Shown one piece after another: positions 1 through 12,949 of a stretch of DNA of 64,000 nucleotides. The position numbers and the translations under genes are program-made. Each line of letters starts with the position of its first letter. The first letter of the stretch is position 1. Under the pieces are notes generated by a model. It saw only the letters and a list, made by a program, of their open reading frames with translations. It made no database searches and was not told where the DNA came from. Source of the stretch: Hypanus sabinus (Eukaryota); the NCBI RefSeq assembly GCF_030144855.1, contig NC_082728.1, forward strand, positions 44,206,001-44,270,000. Reading direction: 5' to 3'.

Positions 1-360
1 TCAGCCACACATTTATCCTCCACCTCATTCTGTTCCTATACTGTCACTAGTCACAGGCAGTAATCCTGAGATTACTACCTTTGAGGTCCTGCTTCTCAAC
101 TTCTTTCCTAACCCTCTGTAGTCTTTTTTCAGGACCTCCACCCTTTTCCTGCCTATGTCGTTGGTACCAAGTTGTACCACGACCTCTGGCTGTTCTCCTT
201 CCCAGTTCAAGATATCGTGGACATGATCGGAAACATCCCGGTCTCTGGCACCTGGGAGACAAATTACCATCCTCGTTTCTTTCCTGCGTCCACAGAATTG
301 TCTATCTGACCTCTTAACTGTAGAGTCCCCTATCACTTCTGCTGTCCTCTTCCTTTTCCT
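1..360 (-). mobile_element. CR1 LINE ORF1 fragment (SGNH esterase-like)
   Basis: IGDS, CLPGAR and GTNDIG motifs typical of the CR1 ORF1 esterase. Confidence 0.85.
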
Positions 361-1574
361 GTAAAATGAAAAGCTGCTTTGGTGTTATCTGGCACTCTGC
401 ATAAGATTGAGATCTATCCTGGTAGTTTTGCCACATAACTGCAGATTTTGTAAAATGTTATCAACTTGACACTCCACATTTTATATGAAGAGATGTCTTA
501 GAGATGGAATGAAATAACTATCTCAACCACAGTTTCTATTTATTTGAACACACATGCTCTTGGAAGCGAAGCAATTATCTGCCAATCAAACAGAAAGAAA
601 TAAAATCCATATTAAATTTTAATTGTTGAGGTGCATATTTCTGGCATTAAACTTCATTGGAATTACTTTAGAGACATAATGCTACAAGTGTATTAAGTTT
701 GAAAGCGGGAAGAATTTTAATAGATACATTTGAGAAGATGGAAGTGTGAGCTATTTTGAATAAATTTGCATAAAGTAATTGGCAACCATAGCTCAACATC
801 TCTATAACCTCAAATGGGAATAAGTGCAGGTAACGGAGCTGCTTAAATCTCTGCTGTCATTCAGTAATGTCAAAGGTAAAGTCCATTAATTTCACTTGCT
901 TGACCTGTTCCTTGGTGCCAGAAAATATGCACAAAGTAATTGGTTAGGCAAGAAAAGTGTCTCACTCAGCAAGCACTCAATCATTGCTTGTGAAATATAC
1001 AAGTTACCATTGTACTAAAATATGTTCATTGTTATTGGGCAAGAAACTTTGTACTTTAGAGGAGTGTATTTGCAGCGAAGCTTGAAATGCTCATGTTGGC
1101 CCATTCCTCTGGACCCAACATGTCAAATCACAGAGATGCAAATACATTCTCTTTTAATAGTTCACTGTGTTTACTTTAGTTCTTTTCATAATGCACTGGT
1201 CCTCAGGTTTACTCTGTAACCCAATCCTAAACATGGGTGTTCCAGAGTAACCTTCTGCAATAGTTGGTTTCTAGAGCTGTCACTTGATTTGGGAGTTGTC
1301 ATTGAATTCAGAACTTGTCTGTCACCTTTAAATACAGTTCTTCAGGCATGGCTGTGCCTGCTTGGAATATTCTGTTTTAGCTTTAAGCCACATGTACACA
1401 CAAGATGCCCTTGATGTGAGCTTTCACACATCTGAATATGACTCTCGTCTTCCACTCCTCATTCTGTAATCTTCTGAAGTGCTTGCAGAGCTTACCTGAA
1501 ATTATTATGCAAACAAACTAATAATTAATGAGAACTGAAATACCAGGGGTTTAAAACTCTTGTTAGAGATTGTA

Positions 1575-1775
1575 GCAACATACACAAAATGCAGGTGGAA
1601 CACAGCAAGCCAGGCAGCATCTATAGGGAGAAGCGCTGTCAGCATTTTGGGTGGAGTGTCTGTCAGTCCTGACGAAGGGTCTCAGCCTGAAACTTCGACC
1701 TGGCCTGCTGCGTTCCACCAGCATTTTGTGTGTGTTGCTTGAATTTCCAGCATCTACAGATTTCCTCGTGTTTGC
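1575..1775. repeat. Fold-back PLE terminal repeat enclosing a hammerhead motif (1664-1699)
   Basis: Arms at about 1575-1620 and 1699-1740 are near reverse complements; CAGTC-CTGACGA-A-GGGTCTCAGCCT-GAAA-CTTC-GAC lies between them. Confidence 0.75.
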
Positions 1776-2589
1776 CTTAGAAATTGTAACTACTTCAAGA
1801 ACAAAATGACTGTACTCTTTTCTTCGATGCTGCCTGGCCTGCTGAGTTCCTCCAGCAGTTTGTGTGTTAATATTTTAACTGCCAGAACTCCGTACAGGAC
1901 TGCTAGTATGATCCACCCAAGATTTGTTAATGTACATTTCAGCTGTATCCTTCCCAAATTAAACTCTGCTGCTTGGCTTGCTCTAGTTGTAGGCATATTT
2001 ATCTCAGTTATTAATATAGTGATTCTTTGTTTGTATTAAGTTCCTTGTTATCTCCATTTAGATGTTTTGGGGAGAATCTTGTCGGGTGGAGGAACTGTTT
2101 CTGAATGTGGAAGTTAAGACTTGCATATTGATAGATGCATGACAAATAGACAGTGGCTGTACTCCCTAAGGTTATGGTAATAAGACAGAGACGTGCAATT
2201 AAACAGCATTATGTGGTGGAATCACCACTCTAGTTCTACCCCAGGTTAATTTAATGGAGATAGGAAGCCTTTAGTTTAGAATGCAAAGAAAGTATGCTAT
2301 TCTAAATTTTTTTCATGTGTTTTAGTATTTCATATATTTTAATTAAATGTTACCCATTATGTACTATGCTGCCTGAAGCCTTTTTGCCATCTGGCTCTTG
2401 CCACATAGACTGAGGGTGTATAAGGCTTTGAGAGATTGGTTACAAGTAGAATTAACTTCTTTCTGAGCAAGAACCTGGACTCTGGTTCACCTAGTACTGC
2501 AGCAGACGCAATCTCACTCTGCTTTGGGCCTCTGTACCTCCCCCTGTTTCTGGATCCTTGACTTCCTCATTGTGAGACTGGTCATCACA

Positions 2590-3010
2590 GATTATTGGAA
2601 ACATCATCTCTCTGCTAATTAACGGAGGTGCACCTCAGGAATCTGTTGTTAACCCTCTGCTCTAGAGTTATCTCTGTGGCTAACCACAGCTCAAATGCCA
2701 TTTATAAATTTGCAGATGGCACCTTTGTTCTTGGTTAAATCTGAGATGGCAATGAAGTGGTGGACAGAAATGAGACAGATTAGCTGGCTGAGTGGTATCA
2801 CAACAACCACCTTACTCTCAATGTCAGCAAGACCAAAGAATTGAAAGTGGATTTCAGGAAATAGGAGTCAGTTGAACACACAAGGAGTCCTCACGAGGGG
2901 TCAACTGTGGAAAGGGTGAGCAAATTCAAGTTTTTTGGATTTCAAAATCTCGAAGGATCGAACCTTGGGTCAAACACATTGATCCCATAGAAGGCATGCC
3001 AGTGGCTCTT
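2590..3010 (+). mobile_element. Old Rex1/Babar-type LINE fragment
   Basis: Degenerate GAPQG, YKFAD and NNHLLLNVSKTKEL.VDFRK sequence. Confidence 0.65.
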
Positions 3011-4431
3011 CTGGATGCTGCCTCATTATTTGAAATTTACAGTAATTTTATGTATTTGCACTATTCTAGTTTAAGCTGGCAGGAACACAACAGTAATGCA
3101 AATATTATGTGTTACAACAGTAGTGTGCAGAAGAGCATCTCCGAATGCACAACACATTGAGCCTTCAATTGGATTGACAGCAGCAGCAGAGCACACACTG
3201 GACTCCACTCCTGTACCTATTAAAGTGGCCCCTGAGTGCATGCAAGCAAAAACAAACAAATTCATTTTAAGGATTAATATTGCAGCATCATCATATTTTC
3301 AGTTGAATATAATGGCCTTTCCTGTCCTGTTGTTATTCATTCCAGTTATCCAGTTTTATATTTGGATTTGAGCAAGCATTTTGGATACACTGCGGTTTTT
3401 GGCTTTGAATCAATCAACATTTAAAAGCTGGCAGTGAACATCCTACCAGCCCTGCTGGCATCTAAGTATATTTTCATAGTGTTTACTTTATTTCTCGTTT
3501 TGGCATGAAACCACATCAAATTAAATTTTACACCCATAAGCATAACCCAACAGTCACATGCCTTTTGTGGAATTCATATTTAAATGAAATGCAGTAGTCT
3601 GGAAGCTATCTGACTTTGTTCTTGTTTGAGCTTTTTCTAGAAAGAATTTCACCCAGTGCTAGAAGTTATGGCATTGAGACTTGAATCTTGTATTAAGACA
3701 GATAGAAATCCAAATAAATTATTAATACTTTTATGTAATTCAGGATTTATAAGATGATCTGATGTTTAAATTGAAATAAGTGAGACCTTACCTCATTTTT
3801 TGTACATAAGCTCTTCAAAGCAAATTTAATAAATTTTATAAAAATCAAACATCAAAAACTTGTTATATTAAAGCCATATTATTTATAGTTGCCAGTAATG
3901 CTGAAGGATTTACTTGAAAACAGTTTAAAATATACAGTCATAAAGTGGTATCACTGCTCCGTGTGAGTAGTGATCCTCTTCATTTCCAGTGAGGGCTGAT
4001 GCAACTTTGCTTTAACGATTGAGCCAATGACCCCACTTCCACTGGAAAATTATTCTTTCACTACAAAAATACTAACTGAGGATATGCAGTCATGATTCTC
4101 TATAAACTGTGGCACGAATCCACAAGAGTTCATATTATAACAAGCAGTGTATTGCTGTGAACAGATATAAGTCATTTGAGCGCTCATCCTGCTAAAGATC
4201 TGTAAAAAGAGAAATGAGATCCTATTGTTAGAGTTGACTCTTTGTCTTCTACCTGGAACATTGATTATTTCTGTTTCCACATGTGCTTCCTGATAGTTTG
4301 TAAATTTGTTTTTAATATTCAAACATTACTTGCTCTATCAATAAGCTAACATAATTAGAAAACAATGAAATGTTGGCCTTTATTGTAAGGGATGTGGTAC
4401 ATATTAAACCAAGGAACATTTTGCTACAACT

Positions 4432-4776
4432 TTACGGAGGGGGATGGCTGATAAGTTGGCACCTGGAGTACTATATATTATTATGAAAGGAGATGAGTTA
4501 TACAGCTTTCGTTATGTGCATGTGCAGTTCAACTCTTTGAGTGATTATGCAGAAAGTTTTAAGTTAATAACTAATCTCCTTCTACCTTAGGCCATGAACT
4601 TGTCAATCACCCCTGCTGTGGACCGCTTCTGCAGCTCCAAGACACCGACTTCTATGAAAAGGGGATCCATATGCTCCATGACTGCTGGACTAAGTGTGTA
4701 TGTAACTGTAGGAGGGGACTCTGTTGAAAAATAAAAGTGCTCTACCTTAGGTCACAAACTTCTCAATCATCCCTTC
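4432..4776 (+). mobile_element. Mariner-family non-autonomous element
   Basis: Transposase C-terminus remnant FYEKGI.ML...WTKCV...GGD.VEK*; TIR-like segment tctaccttaggcca.gaactt.tcaatca.ccc occurs twice. Confidence 0.65.
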
Positions 4777-4779
4777 TGG

Positions 4780-5615
4780 AGAGGCTACAGAAGGACAGAC
4801 AGATTGAGAGAATGGGCAAAGAAATGGCAGAATGAATACAGTATTGGGAAGTGACTGGTCATGCATTTTGGTAGAAGAAGGGAAAGGGTTGACTATTTTC
4901 TAAGTGGAGAGAAAATACAAAAAACTAAGGTGCAAAAGGACTTGGGCGTCCTTGTGCAGGATTTGCTGAAGGTTAATTCGCAGTTTGAATCTGTGGTGAG
5001 GAAGGTAAATGCAGTGTTCACATTTATTTAAAGACGAGAATATAAATGCAAGGATGTAACTTTGAGACTTTATAAAGCACTGGAGAGGCCACACGGAGTA
5101 CTGTGAACCGTTTTCGGCCCCAAGAAGGGATGTGCTGAAACTTAGAGAGTTCAAAGGAGGCTCACAAAAATTATTTCAGGATTGAATGGCCTGTCATATG
5201 AGGAGTGTTTGATGGCTCTGGGCCTGTATTCACTAGAATTCACAATAATGAGGGGCAACCTCGTTGAGACCTATCAAATACTGATAGGCCTTGATAGGAT
5301 GTTTCCTTTAGTGGGAGAGTCTAAGACCTGAGGGCACAGCCACAGATGAGAGGGGTGTCCTTTTAGAATGGAGGTGAGGAATTTCTTAGCCAGAGAGTGG
5401 TGAATCTGTGCTATTCTTTGCCACAGGCAGCTGTGGAGGCCAAGTATTTATGTATATTTAAGGCAGAGGTTAATAGATTCTTTACTGGTCAGGGCATTAA
5501 GAGATATGAGGAGAAGACAGGAGCTGAGAGCAAAATTGGATCAGCCATAATGAAATGGAGCAGACTCGATGGGTCAAATGGCCTAATTCTGCTCCTATAT
5601 CTTATGGTCTTGTGT
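4780..5615 (+). mobile_element. CR1 LINE 3' fragment
   Basis: Degenerate QKDLGVLV, RP..EYC, NFLSQRVVNL and CR1 3' UTR. Confidence 0.85.
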
Positions 5616-6179
5616 TAACTCAGCCATAATATGGAAATTGCCACGAAGTTAAAGCCAACTTTAACTTCAGGAGGAGGAAACCAGAGGTCCATGAGCTAGT
5701 CCTTCTTGGAGAACAAGAGTTGGAGAGAGTCAGCAACATTAAATTCTTGTTACCATTTTGGAGGACCTGTACCAGGCTCAACATGTAACTGCAATTATGA
5801 AGAAAGTAAACTCGATAAACAACATTGCACAATTCTTTGTCTTGTAATAAGTCTCAATTAAATGGCAGGTCCTTCGATGGGCAGAAATCAGAACATTGAC
5901 CATGGAGGGTGCCCTTGGGCCCAGAGTGTCCATGCTAGTTGAAGTGATACCCAACCCAATTCCATCATCCAGGAATTGTCCCCAGTCTTTCTGCAGATCT
6001 TCAAGAAAAAATCCAAGCATTTTGTGAGATTTTTTTTTTCTGTTCTGCCACCCTTTCAGGTGCTGAGTTCCACACACTAACAATCCTCTAGACAAAATTA
6101 GTTTTCTTCATCAATATTTGCATCAATTACTTTAAATATAGGAATAATTGCAGCGACAGGCAACTGGAAGCTTGGGTTC

Positions 6180-7110
6180 CATCACCTTCAGTGAGTTACC
6201 ACCACCCAGAATCATCTCCACCTCACCTCACCTTTAAATATTTCAAAGGAACTGTTCTCTTCACAACTCCTAGGTCCACTTTTCCATCTCATCTAACCAC
6301 CCATCAAATGGCACATTCCTATGCAACTGGTTGAAGTTCCCTTCTCCCACCATCTAGAGACTAAATAGTCTTCAAGATGAAGCTGCAATTCATGGAGCTA
6401 CTATCAATCTTGTGTATTACGTTTAATGCTTGATCTGGTAGAGATAGGGTGACTGTCTTGTGGCTTATCATTCATCTGCAAGACTGACTTTGAGCTTCCA
6501 ACTTCCAGTCACTTTTATTCTTCATCCAGTTCTCACTCTGACTTAATCTGTCTGTGGCTTCCTGCACAGTGCCAGCAAGACCATATTGTACAGAAAGACC
6601 AAAGAACATTATCTCATCTTCCATCTGGGCATATTTGACCTTTTCAGGTAACTTGCTTTCTCAAGTTGTTTCAGAACTGTCTGGTTCTCAAACCAGGGTA
6701 TCGGTCTGTAATATGAACACAACTTTCCCTCTCATGGCTCGAGCTGGATGTTTGCTATCTTTCCTTTTCTATTTCCTGCAATATACCTGACTTGCATTTC
6801 ACAGCTTTTACCTGTCACTTTGTTCACTTTCTCCTCTTCTCCCTCTCTCCCCTTCTCCCTCTCCCCACTTTCCTTCATTAATCTACCAACAAAGCCCCTT
6901 CACAAAATGCATCAGCACAGCAATCTGTCATTTGGCCTCACGTATCAGATGTATTTGTTTTTTTTCTGAACCATCTCTCCTCGCGCTCTCATAACCTAAA
7001 ACTGTCTTGTTTTCTCATTTTTTGATTCAGATGAAAGATTTCCAACCTAAAACTTTGGCTGCCTTTCTTTCCAGCTAGTGTCTGCTGAATGTTTTCCTGC
7101 ATTGTCAGGT
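6180..7110 (+). mobile_element. Decayed Penelope-like element 3' portion
   Basis: Co-linear similarity to 31500-32300 (caactcc..gtccact, cttatcattcatctgc, atcttccatctggg) with a degenerate terminal motif at about 7027-7055. Confidence 0.55.
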
Positions 7111-7269
7111 TTTAGTCCATGCTAACTATCCCTAATTAGCCTGTACCTCACTAAATACTTTCTCTTGGAATTGATTCCAATTATTTGCACACCTCCAAAG
7201 TTAAATAACCAGCCCATAATTACACAGTTCATTGCATCCACCATTTAAAAACAATAGTGCAAATATAAC

Positions 7270-10200
7270 AGATATTCACCTCAGGTATGTTGTCCTCATC
7301 ATAAGGATCAGGTCATTCTATTTCTTCCTCTACCTCTCGTGGACTTTGAAGGTGCACGAGCGCATGCCTGTTCTGTGTGATTTCACCTTGTGATGTTCTG
7401 ATCACAAACAATCGTCGTGCATGCTGCCAGACCATTGTTACTTTGGTGAATTGGTCTGAAACCCAAACAGCTTTACCACTCCCGAGCAGTATCAAAGATT
7501 TTGCTCTGTGTCTGAGTTCATGTATGTTTTGCATTTTCTCATGTCGTGTTGTCTCAAAATTTCTCACTTTGTCTAAGTCCTGTAAGTGAGGTTGGAGAAG
7601 GGCAAGAAGAACAGGCAGGCTTGTTCTCAGTCTCTGGCCTAGTGACAACCCTGATGGACTGTAGCCATTTGCAAGAGGTGTGGAGCGATAAGCTGGCAGA
7701 GCTTTGTAAGGTTCTTTTGTCTTCAGTAGGAGGCTCTTAACAGTTTGCATTGCTCTTTCTGCTGCTCCATTTGCCTGTGGGTACCATGGACTGCTTGTCT
7801 GGTGTTTGAACTCATAGTCCCTAGCAAAGACTGAGCAGCTGAATTGTGGAACGTTGTCTGACACTGGTTTTCCATGGTGAGCAAATATAGCTTATTGGTG
7901 CTGGATAACATCTAATTATGCAGAGGACAGCTTGGATATCTCAGCATTCAGTGAGTAGTAATTCATAGTGAGAAGATATTTGTCTCTTTGATGCAAAAAT
8001 ATCTATATCTGCAATTTGCCATGGAAAGTCCAGGAATTCTGTGGAACAGAAGGATTCAGCATGATTTTTGTACTGTTTCCTGTAAGCTTCGCATTGCCTT
8101 ACAAAATCTCTCATCTCTGTGCTCAGAGCAGACCATTACACAGATCGCCTTGCTCATAGGCAGAGTTTTGATGTCTTGACGCCCTTGGTGGATATGACTG
8201 ATGTTGGAGTGCATAGAAACAGGAATGATGTGTCTGGAGCCATTTAGCAGCAAACCGTCAAGAATGGTGATTGCGTTTCTCTCAAACCAATAAGGACTGA
8301 GTTTGAGAGCTCCTTTTGGAACAGCTGGCCATCCATTCTCACTGTATTGCTCGACCTTGCTGCAGAGTTGATTCTTTTACAACTCAGTGCAAATTTCATC
8401 CCATTTATTCTGTGATGCAGGAAATCTTTCACATGCCTGAGCAAAGAACATATTGGTGAAACCCCCTTTTACCAGGCTTCTTAGCTCATTAGCAACTCGC
8501 TATGGCCACCGGACTCAGTGGTGAGAAACCCACCTTTCTCAAAATCCATATGTCTAGGATCGGTATGATTTGGGTCCCACCAAATCGCAAAGTTGGGATG
8601 TTATGACCACCCGAACCCTGATCTGAACGAATACTGTATAAATACTGCCTATGTGCAATTATCTGTCGGCAAGAAATATCAGATCATACACCACATACAA
8701 CTGTAAAGCTGTAGTTATGAATCTCAGCATATTCAAATAGTTATTTAAAAAAAGGAAAAAATAAAAGGCCACAGTATAATTAAACCAGTTAAATGTGCAC
8801 CAGGTTGGAGCTCATATCTTCCAAAAGCTGTGTGTGTGTCTCTTCTTACAGTGCTGCTCCTATACACCAATCACCAGTAGACCCTCCCATCCTGTACACA
8901 ATTGAATCACCCATTCCAGTTGGGTCGAATCCTATGGCCCAGTTCTCTCGATTGTTTTCTCTCTATCTCCTGCTGAAAAGACTACAATCCCCACCAGTGT
9001 CCATCACAAAGCCTCTCCACCCAGCTTTCTCTGGAACCTTCTCCCAATACCACCAGCCTGATTGGCTGACCCAACATTCCTAATTTGAACATCACAACCC
9101 CTTGCCTTTAACTGAAACCCAAATACTATCAGCAGAACATGTTGCTTCTACAGAAAACGAGTCAATGAAATACCCTACAGCATTAGTAGTAAAAATCTTA
9201 ACCAGGGTGTTACAATGGCATCTTCCATGAGGGAGGAGTCACCTTCCATCCACTCACTTTTGCATGGCATCCTTGACAGTGTCCAGTGGTGTGAAAGATT
9301 TGCTGAGGTCATGTTCAATGTACCAACTGTATCACATAAGCCTCATTCTGAATCTTTGCAGACATGTAAGTATTTTGAGCTGAGAAGACTGACAAGTGGC
9401 GTGTGTGGTCTGTTACAATTAGGAATTTAATGCCTATCAAGTAGTAGATAAAGCTTTCACAAGCCCACATGAGAGCCAACGTCTCCTTTTCGATTTGGGC
9501 ACACTGTCAGTAGGAGTCGGTGCTTTTGATGCATATGCCACAGGTTTCCATACACCACTACAGTTTGCATGAGCACTTCCCTTAATTCAAAGGAAGGGGC
9601 ATCTGCTGAGATCTTAGGGGTTGCTTTGTTCGGATCGAGGAACGCCAATGTTGGTGAAAAGATGAGCTCTGCTTTAAGTGAAGAGAATAACTCCTCCTGT
9701 GGTGCATGTCAGGTTCAAATGTTTCTCTGAGAGAGGTCTTATAGTGGCTTTCTTTTCTCTGGCAGACCTAGAATGAACTTTCCAGCTGATTTACCATGCC
9801 AAGGAAACTGTAGATCTCTGATACACTTGTAGGTTGTTCCATGTTCTGAACTCCTGGCAGTTCATCTGAATCTGGTTGCACTCCCCCAGAGGACAGTTGG
9901 TGGCCTACTAACTTCACCTCCAACTTTACAAATTAGCATTTCTTTTTGTTTAGGATTCTTCCAGCTTGTTGCAGTTTCTCCAAGGCAGTTTCCATACTTC
10001 TATCCTTGATTGAGCCTCCAAAGATGAGTATATTGTGCATGTGGCAGACACTGCTTTCAGTGCCTCCAAACTTTGGTTTATCCTCATCTGAAAGAGATTG
10101 GGGCTGAATGAGAGAGAGTGAGATATATATATATATATTCTGTCACTCAGGAGCTAAACGTCTCTGCCAGAACCCTGAGTTTGCTGAAGAATTTTGCCCC

Positions 10201-11775
10201 CACCCAGCCTACCGAATGTGTGCTCAACAGAGGGCAGAATAAATTCCTCCCACCTCACTGCATTATTTAATTTTGTTCGATCAACACAGATCCTCGCTGT
10301 ACCATTTGGCTTGGGAACAGAAACAATGTCTGCACACCAGTCACTAGGTCCATTCACTCTCGTTATGATGTCAAACACCTCTGTTCTCTGAAGTTCAGCT
10401 GTGACTTTATTCATTAATGAGACTGGTGAGGGATTTAGAGGAACAACTCCAAGTATTTCTCCTGTCACTGAACATTGTTTAGTGAATCAAACCCTGCAAC
10501 GAGGTTCAGCTTCTTAATAGCATGTTCTCCCAGTTGTGGTAAGAAGAGATTCTGAACAACACAGACATCTGTTTCTCATTTTTCAGGATGGGAATAGTAA
10601 ACACTCCTTTCACACTGAGTTTGTTTTCCTGTCCCCATGAGTACTTTCTTTGTTGGGTTTAACATAATATGTTATCTTTGCCACTTTTGTGAACAGACGT
10701 TCAGGGATGGTTGTGACATCTAACCTAGTGTCCATTTTGAATGTCACTGCCTCATGTTGCAACTGAACCATAGTGCACCAGCCTTGCTTATTTGAATCTA
10801 CAGCCCAAGGAAAGGTCTCTCTTTGTCTGAATCATGTTCTTCGTTGACCTCCTGAAGAACTGTTTGTGAGTAACACTGGCTGTTATCATGGCTAACTCTA
10901 TTGCATTGGTGGCATTTCAATTATTTTACTGGACAGAGCTCTTTGACATGGAATGGAGACTTGCTGCATCTCCTGCATTTGGACATCTTACCTGTTCTTT
11001 GTTTCACTTGTCTGTTTTGTTTGAGCTAAGATCTACTCTCTCCTCTTCCTGTAGTGTTTCTGACTGCACCCTATTTCCTCGCATATATCACGTTTTCCTG
11101 TGAAGTTTTGTTCGATTTTTTTTTCTGCACTGTTTTGAATTCCTCTTCCTGAGTATCTGTTAGTCCAAATCGACCCATGATGTTCTTTGCTTTGTCCTCC
11201 ATGCAATATATCAGTGTGCTTACTTGGGGCTCTTCTGAAGTCTGAGTGAGATTGCTTGCAGCCCTAAACCTCTTAAACCATCTGAGCCATCTCTCGATGT
11301 TCCTGGTTTAGAGAAATCAAATGTCTCGGGGGTGGGGGGCATTATTAGGTAAGTAGATCCAGGTATTTTCTCCATTTTCCTGTTTGTTTGTCTATTTATT
11401 ATTTTACTCATTTGGACAACAAGCTGCCTTTTCTCTTGAATGTTTGACTGACTTCTCTGCTGTGTCTGTGACTCTGTGCACTTCTCCAGGCTAGTGGCCC
11501 ACAGATTGTTACAATGCAGCCACTTTTCAGTGTAGCTTGAAGGAGTTGCCTAGCAACCCTAGTCAGTTCTCAACTCAGCCTCGTGGTGCATACAACTAAG
11601 CAAACTAGCATAGACAGTTTAGGTTGATAATTCTTGGATATTTTTCATAGATATATGTGAACTAAACAGTCTTATTGTAAATATTTGCCTTGTTAGGGAT
11701 CTCACTTGATCTGTAGCACCAATTTATTGACAATCAACCACTTCTGAGACCATGTTGTGTTCGATATTTTGGGAG
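7270..11775 (-). mobile_element. Decayed Ty3/Gypsy element (gag, protease, RT, integrase fragments)
   Basis: Integrase SDN..QF...SSPWYPQANGAAER (7313-7864); RT WC..IV.VPKPNG..RICVD (10154-10468); gag PETFDFSKP; PBS-like TGGTCTCAGAAGTGG at 11738-11752 on minus. Confidence 0.88.
8457..9214. mobile_element. Solo LTR inserted into the decayed Gypsy pol
   Basis: TGAAAC...GTTACA termini, flanks TTGG/ATGG; shares internal motifs with the LTRs at 56345 and 61208. Confidence 0.7.
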
Positions 11776-12845
11776 AGTGCAGGGGCGCCCCAGGGCTGTG
11801 TGCTCAGTCCACTGTTGTTCACTCTGTTGACCCATGACTGTTCAGCAATACACAGCTCGAATCACATCATCAAGTTTGCTGATTACACGACTGTGGTGGG
11901 TCTCATCAGCTTGAATGATGAGTCAGCTTACAGTGAGGAGGTGCAGCGGCTAACAGACTGGTGCAGAGTCAATAACCTGTCTCTGAGTGTGAACAAAACA
12001 AATGGTTGTTGACTTCAGGAGGGCACAGAGCGACCACTCCCCGCTGAACATTGACGGCTTCTCTGTTGAGATTGTTAAGAGCACCAAATTTCTTGGTGTT
12101 CACCTGGCAGAGAATCTCACCTGGTCCCTCAACACCAGCTCCATAGCAAAGAAAACCCAGCAGCGTCTCTACTTTCTGCGAAGGCTGAGAAAAGTCCATC
12201 TCCCACCCCCATCCTCATCACATTCTACAGGGGTTGTATTGAGAGCATCCTGAGCAGCTGCATCACTGCCTGGCTCAGGAATTGCACCATCTTGGGTTGC
12301 AAGACCCTGCAGCGGACAGTGAGGTCAACTGAGAAGATCATCGGGGTCTCTCTTCCTGCCATCACGGACCTTTACACAACACACTGCATCCACAAAGCTA
12401 ACAGTACTGTGAAGGACCCCACACACTCCTCACACAAGCTCTTCTCCCTCCTGCCATCTGGCAAAAGGTACAGAAGCATTCGGGCTCTCATGACCAGACT
12501 GTGAAACAGTTTCTTCCCCCAAGCCCTCAGACTCCTCAATACTCAGAGTCTACACTGACATCTAGATAATTTATTATTATATTGTAATTTGTCCCCTACT
12601 GTGCCTATTGTCTTGTTTATTAATCATTGTACAATTTTGTGCTCTTTATGTAGTCCTGTGCAGGTCTGTAGTCCAGGGCAGTTTTTATGTTGTTTTACGT
12701 AGTCTAGTGTAGCCTTGTGCTGTCTCACATAGTCTAGTGTAGTTCTGTGTGATTTCATGTAGCACCAGGGTCCTGGAGGAACGTCGTTTTGTTTTTGTGT
12801 ACTGTACCAGCAGTTTATGGTTGAAATGACAATAAACTTGACTTG
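11776..12845 (+). mobile_element. Rex1/Babar-type LINE, 3' part
   Basis: GAPQGCVLSPLLFTLLTHDC, IIKFAD.TTVVGLI, KFLGVHL, QQRLYFLRRL; ends aataaacttgacttg. Confidence 0.88.
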
Positions 12846-12949
12846 TCTTGAACACACCAGAAGGCCAGCATGCAGGATATTCAGCTGAACTTTATTAATA
12901 ATGCCGACATGTGAACCCCCTCCTGTGTTGGAGTGGCTAACTGAGTGGC

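Noticed and set aside
12655-12770. Short repeats (gtagtctagtgtag) resembling a CRISPR-like array
   Set aside because: Degenerate tandem repeats in the 3' UTR of a Rex1-type LINE; eukaryotic context, no spacer structure or cas genes.
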